Below, in pieces: positions 19,001 to 28,328 of a stretch of DNA of 64,000 bases (positions within the stretch are counted from its first letter, which is position 1; each line of letters opens with the position of its first letter). The position numbers and the translations under genes are program-made. Location of the stretch: contig CAZSIX010000003.1 in the NCBI GenBank assembly GCA_964607145.1, positions 74,039 to 138,038 on the forward strand. Reading direction: 5' to 3'. The stretch is from an uncultured Planctomycetota bacterium. GTDB lineage: Bacteria; Planctomycetota; JAJSAM01; JAKLKS01. A model generated the notes under the pieces. It had not been told where the DNA came from, searched no databases, and saw only the letters and a list, made by a program, of their open reading frames with translations.

Positions 19001-20854
19001 GGGGAGGGGACGAAGACCGTCCGCGCGCAGTTCCGGGACGCGGTCGGCAACGTCTCGTCCTCGGCGACGGACTCCATCGTGCTGGACCTCACCGCGCCCT
19101 CGGGCTCGGTCGTGGTCAACGGCGACGCGGCGTGGACCTCCACGACGTCCGTCACGCTCTCGACCTCCGCGTCCGACGCCCTCTCCGGCGTGACGGACAT
19201 GCGCTTCAGCAACGACGGCGTCTCGTGGGGGGCCTGGATCCCGTACGCGGCGGCCGCGGGGTGGACCCTCCCGTCGGGGGACGGTTCGCGGACGGTGCAT
19301 GCCCAGTTCCGCGACGGGGCGGGCAACGTGTCCTCCCCGGGCACGGACTCCATCGGTCGCGACGGCACCGCGCCGTCGGGGTCCATCACGCTGGCCGGCG
19401 GGGCCGCCTACGCGACGGGCACGCTCGTGGACGTCGAACTCTCCGCGTCCGACGCCCTGTCGGGAGTCGTGGAGATGCGCTTCCGGAACGGCACCGGCGC
19501 GTGGGGCGCGTGGGCTCCCTACGCGCCGGCGGCGACGCGGACCATCCCCGCGGGCGACGGCGTGAAGGTCGTGGGGGTGGAGTTCCGGGACGCCGCGGGG
19601 AACGTCTCCGCGGAGGCCACGGACTCGGTCATCGTCGACTCCACGCCGCCCGTGGCGGGCGTGCTCATCCTGGGCGGCCGCGCGGCCATCAACACGGCGT
19701 CGGTGACCCTCGACCTCTCGGGCTCCGACGCGCTCTCCGGCGTGGAGGCCTGGCGGGCATCCGACGACGGTGCCACGTGGTCGGGGTGGAGCGCGGCGGT
19801 GGCGACGCTCCCCTGGACGCTCCCCGCCGGGGAGGGGCCCCGCACCGTGTACGTCCAGTGCCGCGACGGCGCCGGGAACGTCTCCGCGGCGGCCAGCGAC
19901 GGGATCCTCGTCGACCTCACCCCGCCCACGGGGACCTTCGTCGTGGAGGGGGACGCGCTCTACGTGATGCCGTGGCAGCCGTTCCGCGCCGATCTCTCCG
20001 CTTCCGACGGCGCGGCCGGCTCCGGTGTCGCGGAGTTCCGCTGGAGCCACGACGGCGGGGGGACGTGGTCCGACTGGGCGGACGTCGGCGGCGGTTCCGT
20101 GGCGATGGCGCGGCCCGCGGGACGCGGGCGCGTGACGGTGACGGGCGCGTTCCGGGACGCCGCCGGGAACGCGTCGACCGCGGCGACGGACGCCGTCCAC
20201 CTCGTGCCGGAGGCGCCCCAGGATCTCGGCGCGGTGAAGACCCTGGCGGGGACGACGGACGAGGGCGGCGACATCGACGCCTACGTGCTCGACCTGCTCC
20301 GCGGCGATCTCCTCACGCTGAAGGTGAAGGCGAAGGGCGCGGCGCGCGGTGCCGACTACACGCTGGAACTCGACGTGTTCGATCCCTCCGGCGCCCGGGT
20401 CGTCACCGGTGCCTGGCCGCCAGGGGCGTCGAAGCCGGGCCTCTCGAAGTTCCCGGCGGGGACCACCGGGCGCCACTGGGTCGTGGTCCGGCCCGCGGGC
20501 GCCGACGCGGACGCGGGCGGGACGTACTCCCTGGGCGTGGCGCCGAAGCAGCAGAAGGCGAGCCTGCGCCCCGCCGGCACGACCGTCGACGATCCGATCC
20601 CCCTGGAGGCCGTCGGCGGCGCCACCCTCTCGGGCACGCTGTCCGGCGCGCCCACCTTCCCCGCGATCCTCACCCCGCCGGGAGGCGGGCCGACGCCCTT
20701 CCCCGTGGTGGGCAAGGGGGGGAAGGCCCGCCTCGGGCCGGGCCTCCTCGACGGCCCCGCGGGCCTCTGGCTGCTCGACGTCTCCGACGGCGGCAGCGTG
20801 ACCTACAAACTGAGTGTCAAGGGGCCGCGGCGCGTGCCCGCGTTCGAGGAGTAG
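16061..20854 (+). CDS. Large secreted subtilisin-family (S8) serine protease with six tandem ~95-aa repeat domains and C-terminal PPC (pre-peptidase C-terminal) domain
   Basis: Catalytic triad motifs VAVLDTGMD, HGTHVGG and GTSMASPATAGG. Signal peptide present. Strong RBS GGAGGAGGAG before ATG 16061. Six repeats follow the pattern ..LSGV.DMRFSNDG..WG.W....A..W.L..G.G..TV..QFRDAAGNVS. PPC-like segment GGDIDAYVLDLLRGDLLTLKVKA. Confidence 0.9.
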   Translation: MGPSRAFTGRRRFRTALGAPLALALLLPATGGSPAAGDPEERATGDTFRGPVTGAEYRAFRHDGTRRKSLVGPDGTVFENVAAVIAHETSGLSAVDRVLDPALRAIAADPARAAEDVRVILVLRRQPVLDAGGEARLRYGPLFAAHTSRMRAILDAIAGARDPDPGRRMQMGDRIEEERRLLPAEDLAILATLRAEVADLKARFRREVLAAGRPAALQDQAPVAERVAAIPGARLLGRSTTLSTLSAVIPAGALRDLVLASPELGAVRPVLGCAVGLDTAVGTMGASSWTGAGYDGTSSTKVAVLDTGMDSGHSALSSVVSDSAVFLAAGKLESDFNDNSTSTDDFQFHGTHVGGIVASTNSTYKGLMPGGRVMNGKCGYQTTSGGGALQDPDIMSAGDWAVDNGADVLNCSFGGGGTTDGSSALALFFDAIPYGLLSTVVVAAGNAGSGSGTVGIPGDGFNVITVGNFDDNATTTHSDNSLTSSSSRGPLDDGRRKPDISAPGTNITSTYAFWEGGNPDFVSATGTSMASPATAGGCGLLEDFAASWAPETVKALLLTNPRNTSPYPTSPNDSWGYGGIDLAAAYTNRAAVVEGTFTSSGADHVLLKPGSLSSGKRVTLAWNRHVGHNNASAPTSYIDLIDLDVYVYDEADGSYEGGSFDSLENVEQVKLGSTVSTPVIKVERYDSFPTGVTTEWWSAAAESSSALSTVDPPTLACSFTTAPTYLAAGQSFTVTVRVDNSGGVAAFAPELTLGTPAGYSITSGANPRTLARIAAGGNASATWTVTASSGPSGVRSLTAAATSDSYDETYDSAVTTVNHTLDVTAPAGSVSVNGGASWTSTVTGAALAISATDDLSGVLEMRVGNTSPGSTWEAYATSKTWNLASGADGTRTVVLEFRDRSGNVSASATDTIGVDTTPPAGTVSVQGGAAAVNGTAVTLALSASETVTGSGVTDMRFSNDGTTWGAWTGVAATADWSLVEGEGTKTVRAQFRDAVGNVSSSATDSIVLDLTAPSGSVVVNGDAAWTSTTSVTLSTSASDALSGVTDMRFSNDGVSWGAWIPYAAAAGWTLPSGDGSRTVHAQFRDGAGNVSSPGTDSIGRDGTAPSGSITLAGGAAYATGTLVDVELSASDALSGVVEMRFRNGTGAWGAWAPYAPAATRTIPAGDGVKVVGVEFRDAAGNVSAEATDSVIVDSTPPVAGVLILGGRAAINTASVTLDLSGSDALSGVEAWRASDDGATWSGWSAAVATLPWTLPAGEGPRTVYVQCRDGAGNVSAAASDGILVDLTPPTGTFVVEGDALYVMPWQPFRADLSASDGAAGSGVAEFRWSHDGGGTWSDWADVGGGSVAMARPAGRGRVTVTGAFRDAAGNASTAATDAVHLVPEAPQDLGAVKTLAGTTDEGGDIDAYVLDLLRGDLLTLKVKAKGAARGADYTLELDVFDPSGARVVTGAWPPGASKPGLSKFPAGTTGRHWVVVRPAGADADAGGTYSLGVAPKQQKASLRPAGTTVDDPIPLEAVGGATLSGTLSGAPTFPAILTPPGGGPTPFPVVGKGGKARLGPGLLDGPAGLWLLDVSDGGSVTYKLSVKGPRRVPAFEE
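18530..20205 (+). repeat. Six tandem ~285-bp coding repeats (protein-level ~95-aa domains) inside the subtilase gene
   Basis: Repeat units begin with (A/P)P(A/S)G(S/T)V.V.G.. and end with ..FRDAAGNVS..ATDSI.VD.T. Read directly from the translated sequence. Confidence 0.7.
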
Positions 20855-20856
20855 CG

Positions 20857-22415
20857 CTACCGACTCACCTCCGCTCGACGGGCACCTCGCGTCCGCGCCG
20901 CCCGTCCGGGTCGCGGACGGTGATCACGCCCTCCCCGCCGGGCGGGAGGAGGTCCGCGGCGGCGGAGGACCGCAGCGTGCGGCGGCCGCGCGTGTCGAGC
21001 AGCGGGACGCCGTCCACCTCGATGCGCGCGCCGCGGGCGGCGCCGCGCACCGCCACGCGGAGGCGGCCGCGCCGGTCGAACTTCGCGCGGCGGATCTTCG
21101 GCGCCGGGGCCGGCGGACCGGCGACGCCCAGCGTGACGCCGAGGAACGCGAACGCCATCTCGTCGGTGGTCGCCTCGCCGTAGCCCACGGGGACCGGCGG
21201 CGATGACGGGTTGTCCGGGTTCCCGGCGGAGTTGTCGAAGACCGCGCGCATGGTGACCCGCGTCCCCGGCGGGATCGGGATCGGCTCCACGGGGAAGTAG
21301 GCGGCCTGCCAGCGGAAGTCCCAATCGTCGATGCGGATGAGGGAGCGCTCCGTCCCGTCGGCGTAGGTCGCGTCGACGCGCATGGACTTGCCGATGAGGT
21401 GCATGTGCGGCGCCACCGTGTGGACCGTGGCGCCGATGAACGCCGGCGCATCGTACGACGCGGTCACCTCGTGGGCCGGGTCTCCGGCGGGGATGAGGAA
21501 GTCCTGGTTCCCCAGAGGCACGATGAACATCTCCTTCGCCGGCGGCGCGTCGTGGAAGTAGAGGCCCACCGACGTCAGATCCTCGTGGACGTCGCCGTCG
21601 TGGGGGTGGTAGTGGACCTGCACGACGATGGTGGCGCCGGCGGGGAGCCGGAGTCCGATGGACGGGTCCAGCGTGAAGGGCCGGTAGCCGGGCGCCCACC
21701 CGCCCAGCGATCCGCTCACGGGGACGCCGGCGCCGCCGAAGCACGTGTAGCCGGGGCCCGGTTCGGCGGCGTCGGCCTCGAGGCTCGCGGTGCCCGTGTC
21801 CACGTAGAGGATCACGTGGTGGACGGTCTCCCGATCGCCCGGGAGGATGTCCACGGAGCGCACCCAGCGATCCTCGGCGAAGTCGGTGGGAACGGGGAAG
21901 CAGCGGTAGGTGTCGGTCCCCGCGGGCGGGGAGTACGGCTCCGCGGGCGTGAGCACGAGATCCGGCGGGCCCAGCGACCACCCGGAGGTGAACGGGCGGC
22001 TCGGGGGCCCGTCCCGCGGGTCCCCCTCGGGGGCGCCCGCCGCGGCCCAGTCCACGAGCGTCGCGATCTCCCCTTCGGAGAGGCGGCGCTCGTCGTGGAA
22101 CACGCCGTAGCCCTGCGCGGGGCGCCAGGGCGGCATCCTGCGCGCCTGCGCCTCCGCCGCGATGTCCGCCGCCCAGGGCGCCACCTGCGCGTGGTCCATC
22201 ATGACGAACGGGCCGATGTCCCCCGGGCGGTGGCAGACCTGGCAGTGCTCCTGGAGGAGGGGCAGCACGTCCCGGTGGAAGGTCGGGGCCCGGCGCGAGC
22301 CGGCGTCGGCGCCGCACACCGCCGCCGCGCCCGCGGCCAGCGCAACGAGCGCCGCCACGGCCCTGCGGGGCGGTGCGGCGGACGGCGACGACGCGTGGTC
22401 GATGGCAACCTCCAG
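20857..22415 (-). CDS. Cytochrome c (CxxCH) domain fused to copper type II ascorbate-dependent (DBH/PHM-like) monooxygenase-like domain, secreted
   Basis: Heme-binding motif HCQVCHRPGD ... RRMPPW. Candidate copper-H site (HHVILY ... VHYHPH) and copper-M site (HMHLIG ... M). Signal peptide RRAVAALVALAAGAAAVCGA. The start is ambiguous: the ORF-track start 22535 overlaps the upstream gene by 74 nt, and an in-frame GTG lies at 22358. Confidence 0.7.
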
Positions 22416-22461
22416 GCGGGCGGGGCCCGCGCGGGGATTGTAGCCGCCGGGCCGCGCCGCG

Positions 22462-25400
22462 TTACCGCCCCGGCGCCAGCGCCTCCCGCAGCGCGCGCAG
22501 TTCCCGGTGCCCCGGCTCCAGCGCCAGGCCCGCATCCACGAGGAGAAGGGCGTCCGCGGTCGCCCCCTGGAGCCGGCGGAGTTCGCCGAACACCCCCAGC
22601 GCGCGGACCGAGTCGGGCCGCAGCGCGAGCACGTCGCGCAGCGTCGCCTCCGCGGCCCCGTGGTCCCGCCGCTGGATGTGGACGAGGGCCCGCTCCACGA
22701 AGGCCGCCTCGCATCGGGGGTTGGCGCGGAGGGCGTCCTCCACGCGCGCCAGCGCCTCGTCCAGCAGCGGGGAACGGGGGTCGTCCCCGGCGGCCGCGCG
22801 CGCCCGGTGCGCGAGGGCCAGCGGCGCCAGCGCCTCGCCCGGTCGCAGGGCCGCCGCCCGCTCCATGTCCTCCAGCGCCGCCTCCGGGAGTCCCGCCGCG
22901 ATGGCCCGCTCCCCGCGCACGAGGAGGGCCTCGGCGAGCGCGTCCTTCGCCCAGCGGAAGGTCACGCCCGCGCGGACGCCGACGTCCAGCGCGCGGATGG
23001 CCTCCGCGCGGACGAGGGCCTCCGACTCCCCCGGCGGGAACGTCCTCGGATCGGGGCCCGTCCGACGGAGCAGATCCGCGGGGAGGTGGGGACGGCAGGC
23101 GGCGAAGGCGTCGGGGTTCGCGAGCAGGTTCCCGGTCACCACGCGCGCGAGCGCCGCGTCCCGCAGCGCCATGAACGCGAGGTAGCCCGCCCGGGCGGTG
23201 GCGCAGGCTTCCGCGCGCTCTGCGAGGCCGGGCACCGCGGGCAGCGGCCCGGGATCGCGGAGGGCCTCCAGGTCCATCCACGTGCAGCGGGGATAGTCGG
23301 GGTCCCCCATGGCGCCGCGGGGCGCGCGGAACTCCAGCGAGAGGTGGGCGTCCGTGTGGAGCCCGGCGCCCGACGGCCCCGCGAACGCGGCCGCCGCCTC
23401 GCGCCCGAGATGCAGCGTCGCCAGCACGTCGGCGGGACCGGTGAGTCCCGCGGCGGCCAGGCCCTCCGCGGCGCGGCCCGCGGGCCACGGGCGCGACGCC
23501 AGTTCGGCGACGATGTCCCGGTCGCCCTCCCGCGTCGCGACGATGCCGTAGTCCGACCACGGCACGAGGTCGAACACGACGGCGTCGGGGAACACTTCGC
23601 GCACTGTGCGCAGCACCAGCCGGAGGTCGTCCAGCGCGAGCCCGTAGGACTGGAGCCAGATGCACACCGTGCCGCCGGGAGCGAGCCGCTCGCGGCAGGC
23701 GCGGAAGTACTCCACGGTGAACAGGTCGCTCACGCCGGCGATCCACGGGTTGGTCGGCTCCGACACGAGCACGTCGTAGGTCCGCTCCGCGTGCTCGATG
23801 TGCGTGCGGCCGTCCTCCAGGAGGACCTGGACGCCGGCCCGGCGCGTCACGTCCCCGTTCACGTGCCGGAAGAACGGCTCCGCCAGGGCCACCTCGGGGG
23901 CGATCTCCGCCACGTCGAGAACGGTGACCCCGTGGCTCTCCACCGCCGCCGCGCTCACGCCCGACGCGAGGCCGACGACCATGGCGCGCGACGGCGAGCC
24001 GTGGAGCAGCGCGGGGAGGTGCCCGAGCAGTTGCTGCGTGGTCATGTCCTGCCCCGTGCTCGCGTCCGCCTTCCCGTTGATGAGGAGGGCGATGTCCCCG
24101 CCCGGTTCGCGCGTCACCGCCACCGTGACGCTCCGCCCCTCCACGTCCAGCAGCCGATCCCACGCCCGGTCGCGGAGCAGGCGGTCCACGGAACGGCCCG
24201 AGGCGGCCGCGCGGGCCGCGTAGGTGGAGGCGTAGACGGCGGCGCCGGAGTGGAGCAGTTCCGGTCTCCACGGGGCCGATCCGGTGGCGACCAGCACGAC
24301 GGCGCCGGCCGCGGCGAGGGCGGCGGGGAGCCCGCGGCGGGGCGGGAGCGAGACGGCGAGCAGGACTCCGGCCAGCGCCAGGTTGATGCCGCACGCCAGC
24401 ACCAGCGTGTCCCGCGTGCCGATGCCGGGCACCAGGAGGAGTCCGCCGCAGAGGGATCCGGCGATGGTGCCCGCGGTGTTCCAGCCGTACACGCGGCCCA
24501 CCGCCCGCGGGGCGCCGCCCGCGTCCCCCGCGACGGCCGCCACGAACACGGGGAACGCGGCCCCCATGGCCAGCGTCGGGAGGAGCGCCGCGGAGAGCGC
24601 CTGCCCGAACTGCCACGTCAGCAGGTCCCCGTAGCGGACGCCCCCGGCGCCGAGGCGCTCGATGACCCGCAGCGGCAGGTCCGCGAGGAACGCCACGGAG
24701 GCCCACGCCGCGAGTCCCACCGCCGCCTGGAGTGCCGCCAGCGCGGGGACCATGGCGCCGGGGCGCACGCGGAGGAGCGGCGTCGCCAGCCCGCCGAGGC
24801 CGAGGCCCAGGATGAAGACCGCGACGACCAGCGTGAACGCATGCACCGACGACCCGAAGGAGAGGATGAGCATGCGCGTCCACGCCATCTGGCAGAGCAT
24901 GGCGGCGAAGCCGGCGGCCCCGGCGCCGACGAGCACGGCCCGGCGCACCCGCGGCGCGAGGGGCGGGGCCGGCGGGGCGGTCTCCGCGACCGGAGGCGCC
25001 TCCGCGGGGGCCGCCGCGGCGGCGGCGAAGCGCGCGTCGAGGACGAGCGCCACCGCCGCCACGAGCAGGTTCGCCCCCACGGCCACGGCGAGGGTCCCCG
25101 GATACCCGAGCGCGGGCAGCAGCAGGAGCCCCGCCGCCAGCGCGCCCCCCGCCGCTCCCACCGTGTTCAGCCCGTAGAGAAGCCCCGTGCCTCCCAGCAC
25201 TCCCGCCGAGGTCCGCACCACGCCGCGCACGAGCACCGGCAGCGTGGCGCCCATGGCGATCGTGGGCGGGAGCAGCAGGAGGCCCGCCAGCGCGAAGCGC
25301 ACGGCGGCGTGGAGGGCGGGGGAGTCGGCGAGCCCGCGGTACGCCGCTCCGAAGACGGGGTGCAGCAGGGAGAGCAGCAGGGGGAAGAGCGCGCAGTAGA

Positions 25401-25674
25401 CCGCGATGCCCGCCTCCAGCAGCGCGTAGGCGCGCAGCGGCCGGCGCGTGCGGGCGGCGAGCCGGCCCCCCAGGCCCGCGCCCAGGGCGAGTCCGCCGAG
25501 GAACGCGGCCACCACGGCGACCACCGCGGGATAGGAGCCGCCGAGCACGCGGGCCAGCTGCCGCGACCAGAGGACCTCGTACACCAGCCCCGCCGCGCCG
25601 GAGACCAGGAACAGCGCCCCCACCGCGACGACGGGAAGCGGCGCCGGGCTCGACCCGTCGGACTCGCGATCCAT
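22462..25674 (-). CDS. Polytopic membrane protein fused to spermidine/spermine synthase-like domain and C-terminal TPR repeats
   Basis: About 12 TM helices in the N-terminal 500 aa. The spermidine-synthase fold region reads VLLINGKADAST ... VSEPTNPWIAGVSDLFTVEYF ... GGTVCIW. C-terminal TPR-like helices. ATG at 25674 is preferred over 25731. Confidence 0.8.
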   Translation of the reverse strand: MDRESDGSSPAPLPVVAVGALFLVSGAAGLVYEVLWSRQLARVLGGSYPAVVAVVAAFLGGLALGAGLGGRLAARTRRPLRAYALLEAGIAVYCALFPLLLSLLHPVFGAAYRGLADSPALHAAVRFALAGLLLLPPTIAMGATLPVLVRGVVRTSAGVLGGTGLLYGLNTVGAAGGALAAGLLLLPALGYPGTLAVAVGANLLVAAVALVLDARFAAAAAAPAEAPPVAETAPPAPPLAPRVRRAVLVGAGAAGFAAMLCQMAWTRMLILSFGSSVHAFTLVVAVFILGLGLGGLATPLLRVRPGAMVPALAALQAAVGLAAWASVAFLADLPLRVIERLGAGGVRYGDLLTWQFGQALSAALLPTLAMGAAFPVFVAAVAGDAGGAPRAVGRVYGWNTAGTIAGSLCGGLLLVPGIGTRDTLVLACGINLALAGVLLAVSLPPRRGLPAALAAAGAVVLVATGSAPWRPELLHSGAAVYASTYAARAAASGRSVDRLLRDRAWDRLLDVEGRSVTVAVTREPGGDIALLINGKADASTGQDMTTQQLLGHLPALLHGSPSRAMVVGLASGVSAAAVESHGVTVLDVAEIAPEVALAEPFFRHVNGDVTRRAGVQVLLEDGRTHIEHAERTYDVLVSEPTNPWIAGVSDLFTVEYFRACRERLAPGGTVCIWLQSYGLALDDLRLVLRTVREVFPDAVVFDLVPWSDYGIVATREGDRDIVAELASRPWPAGRAAEGLAAAGLTGPADVLATLHLGREAAAAFAGPSGAGLHTDAHLSLEFRAPRGAMGDPDYPRCTWMDLEALRDPGPLPAVPGLAERAEACATARAGYLAFMALRDAALARVVTGNLLANPDAFAACRPHLPADLLRRTGPDPRTFPPGESEALVRAEAIRALDVGVRAGVTFRWAKDALAEALLVRGERAIAAGLPEAALEDMERAAALRPGEALAPLALAHRARAAAGDDPRSPLLDEALARVEDALRANPRCEAAFVERALVHIQRRDHGAAEATLRDVLALRPDSVRALGVFGELRRLQGATADALLLVDAGLALEPGHRELRALREALAPGR

Positions 25675-26142
25675 GGAGCGGAGACGGTACCGCGCCCCCG
25701 AAGAGCGGGGGAGGTTCGGCGAGGCGTACACGCGCGGTCGGGTGCCGGCCGAGTCCGGCGGGACACGGCGGCCGTGGAAGCGGAGCCTCGCGAAGAACGG
25801 GGGGGGCCTGCGCGTGCCCCCTTGGGGTAGACTCGGCTTCAGGGACGATCAGCAGTTCCCGGCACTCGAGGGAGGCCGCCGGGGGGAGGAGCGCGTGTGT
25901 GCCTCCAGCACCGCGGAAGAAGTAGCTGCGGCGGTGATGGCTGCGCCTTCGGACGACAACTACGGAGGGACGCGGATGCGACGGAGCGCGGCGTCGGACA
26001 CCAGGTTCGACCCACGACCGCCGGGCGCGTGCAAGAGTCCGCCCCATCCTCTCGTGCCGACTTGGATCTGGTGGGGCGGGGCACTCGTGCTGGCGGCCAC
26101 TCCGGGCCCTGGATCTTCGGCACTGCGAACGACAAGGTCTTC

Positions 26143-26463
26143 ATGTCGGCAGAGTTCGTCTGCATTGCAGGCGAAGTGGAGAATGCATGGCCGCCGGAGA
26201 GCAGCGTCATCGCGATCACGAGGTTGCAGCTTCCACGGTACGCCGGCAATGACCTCTCCGAGGAGAACGCTCGCTTCATCGCCGCGGCGCGGATGGGTGT
26301 GCCTCGGCTTTGCACGGAACTGGCACGCGCCCTCGAGAAACAGGCTGCGCTCGTGGATGCGATGCGACAGCTGCTGGCAGTGACGAAGGGCACTGAGGAG
26401 GCTGTCGAAACCGGCAAGGCCATCGAGCATGCGCAACGGCTAGTCGACGATCTCAAGCAGTGA
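26143..26463 (+). CDS. Small hypothetical protein (106 aa) in a low-GC islet; probably horizontally acquired
   Basis: The segment ~26110-26470 is about 60% GC against ~75% for its flanks. Its codons include AAT, GCA, CTT, GAA, AAA and CTA, which are atypical here. The protein is helical (..ARALEKQAALVDAMRQLLAVTKGTEEAVETGKAIEHAQRLVDDLKQ). The ORF stays open upstream to 25897, so the start could lie further upstream. Confidence 0.45.
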   Translation: MSAEFVCIAGEVENAWPPESSVIAITRLQLPRYAGNDLSEENARFIAAARMGVPRLCTELARALEKQAALVDAMRQLLAVTKGTEEAVETGKAIEHAQRLVDDLKQ

Positions 26464-26619
26464 GACTGATGTGCGAAGCGGTTCAGCCCGGGCCGGATGA
26501 GCCCGCCTGCCGGCCAGCGACGTGGCACGCGCGCCGGGACGGCTCCGCCGCGCCGCATGGACGGCCTCGCCGCGCCGCCGGAACCACACGCGCCGGCCCG
26601 CTCCCCCGGCGGCGAACCC

Positions 26620-28296
26620 TCAGACGCGGGTCGGTCGCACCAGTCGCCACACGGGGAACGGTTCTCCGACGCGGGTGGCGTCGTCGAGGTAGCCCCAGCG
26701 CGCGAAGCCGTCGTCGCTCTCCGGCTCCAGGAGGTACACGGCGAGGTTGCCCAGGGGTTGCGCGGTGGGGACGAAGAGGGTCCCCGCGGGGAAGGGGGCG
26801 CGGCGCCGCTCCCGCCGGACGGTGAGGACCGTCTCCCATCGGGCCGTGGGGCGGGGGGTCTTCGGGGTGATCTCCGCCTCCCCCGGCGGAGGCACGGGGC
26901 CCGCGACGTCGGGGCTGAAGGTGGGCTCCGACGCGGTGACCACGGACGCCTCGGCGTCCAGCGTGCGGGCCCGCCGCAGCGCGCGGAAGCGGACGCCGTG
27001 CCCCTCCAGCCGCTCGCGCAGCGAGGCCGGCGCGAGGTACCCGAAGGGCCGCGGCACGGACGCCGTGGGGACGAAGCGGCGCAGGTGGGGCATGACGTAG
27101 CGCCGGAGCCGCTCGCCGCGCCGCGGGAGGCGGTGATTCCGGATCCCCGCCGCGTCGACGCTCAGGATCTCCACCGTGCCGTCCTCGTGGGCCGGGTAGT
27201 CGAACACGAGGCCGCCCTCGGCGTTCCGGCGCGCGACGCCGTAGTTCACGCCCACCAGGTCGTCGGCCCGGGGGTCCCTCCCCGCCGCCTCCGTCTCGCG
27301 CGCGGCGCGCTCCGCCACGGAGCGCAGCGCCTCCGCGTGCCGGCCCGCCGCCCGCGTCAGTTCGCGCAGCGTCTCCAGCATCACGCGGCAGCGCTCCTCG
27401 AAGTCGAGGTAGGAGTAGGTCTCCAGGAGGACGTCGGGCCGGCCGCAGAGGCCGCGGTAGTGGCTGCCGAAGCGGGGGAGCGCGGGATAGGTGTGCCAGC
27501 CCGCCGTGGGGCGGCGATCGTCGGCGAAGTTCCCGTAGAACTGCGTGCGGATGGAGGTCCGCGCCAGCAGGCGCCGCGACACCTCCGGCAGGAGCCGATC
27601 CCGCACGAACGCGATGGGGGCGGGATGCCCGGAGAGCGGGTTGTGGGACGTGTCGAACGTGAGGTGGTAGCCGTGCACGCTGCCGTCGGTGGTGTGGCAG
27701 TCGATGAAGAGGTGGGGCCCCCAGTGCCGGAACAGCGCGCCCATGTGGCGCGTCTCCACGGCGTCCTGCTTGACGGCGTCCCGGTTGAGGTTCCAGCCGG
27801 CGCCGGTGTAGCGCGTGCCCACGCCGCCGGGCGGGCCGATCTGTCCCTCCATCAGGTTCAGGTCGAGGGCCCGGTTCGCCGGCGAGATGCGGTCGTTGCC
27901 GTCGGGATTGAAGTCGGGGACGAGCACCAGCGTGATCCGCCGGAGCAGCGCCGGCTCCCGCGCCGCGAGCCCCAGTTCGCGGGCGAGCATGAGGACCGCC
28001 TCCTTGCCCTCGACCTCGCCGGCGTGGATGTTCGCCTGCACCATCACCACGGTCCGGCCCCTCCGCCGCGCGGCGGCGGGGGAGAACGCGCCGTCGGTGG
28101 CGAGCACGAGGACGGGCATGTCCCGCCCCTCGCCGCTCCGGCCCATGCTGGACACGCGCACGCGGCGGCTGCGCTTCGCGAGCGCGTGGCAGAACGCCTC
28201 GACCTCGATGTGGCGGGAGGTCTCCGTCCAGCGGGAGTGCTCGGCGCGGGTGAGGAGTCCCGGGTGCGGCGGCGTGGCCTCGCGTCGCGTCGCCAT
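26620..28296 (-). CDS. M14-family zinc carboxypeptidase-like protein (cytoplasmic)
   Basis: Zinc-binding motif ANIHAGEVEG (HxxE) and downstream His ligands. Start ATG 28296 with GAGGAGG 7 nt upstream. The gene is the well-formed lower-coordinate part of the long 26620..29595 ORF. Confidence 0.85.
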   Translation of the reverse strand: MATRREATPPHPGLLTRAEHSRWTETSRHIEVEAFCHALAKRSRRVRVSSMGRSGEGRDMPVLVLATDGAFSPAAARRRGRTVVMVQANIHAGEVEGKEAVLMLARELGLAAREPALLRRITLVLVPDFNPDGNDRISPANRALDLNLMEGQIGPPGGVGTRYTGAGWNLNRDAVKQDAVETRHMGALFRHWGPHLFIDCHTTDGSVHGYHLTFDTSHNPLSGHPAPIAFVRDRLLPEVSRRLLARTSIRTQFYGNFADDRRPTAGWHTYPALPRFGSHYRGLCGRPDVLLETYSYLDFEERCRVMLETLRELTRAAGRHAEALRSVAERAARETEAAGRDPRADDLVGVNYGVARRNAEGGLVFDYPAHEDGTVEILSVDAAGIRNHRLPRRGERLRRYVMPHLRRFVPTASVPRPFGYLAPASLRERLEGHGVRFRALRRARTLDAEASVVTASEPTFSPDVAGPVPPPGEAEITPKTPRPTARWETVLTVRRERRRAPFPAGTLFVPTAQPLGNLAVYLLEPESDDGFARWGYLDDATRVGEPFPVWRLVRPTRV

Positions 28297-28328
28297 GGAG
28301 GGTCCTCCTCGTGGGGTCGTGCGCGGGG

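Noticed and set aside
14810-20476. 1888-aa minus-strand ORF across the subtilase gene
   Set aside because: Only its C-terminal 366 codons (14810-15910) are a real gene. The rest is antisense to the well-supported S8 protease and is low-complexity.
22199-26047. 1282-aa and 1107-aa ORFs (22199..26047 -, 22507..25830 +) overlapping the spermidine-synthase-like gene
   Set aside because: Low-complexity R/G/P-rich translations. The 22462..25674 frame has clear TM helices and spermidine-synthase motifs.
25673-26383. 236-aa plus ORF spanning the intergenic region and the small low-GC gene in another frame
   Set aside because: No protein-like composition. It is out of frame with the atypical-codon ORF that matches the GC dip.
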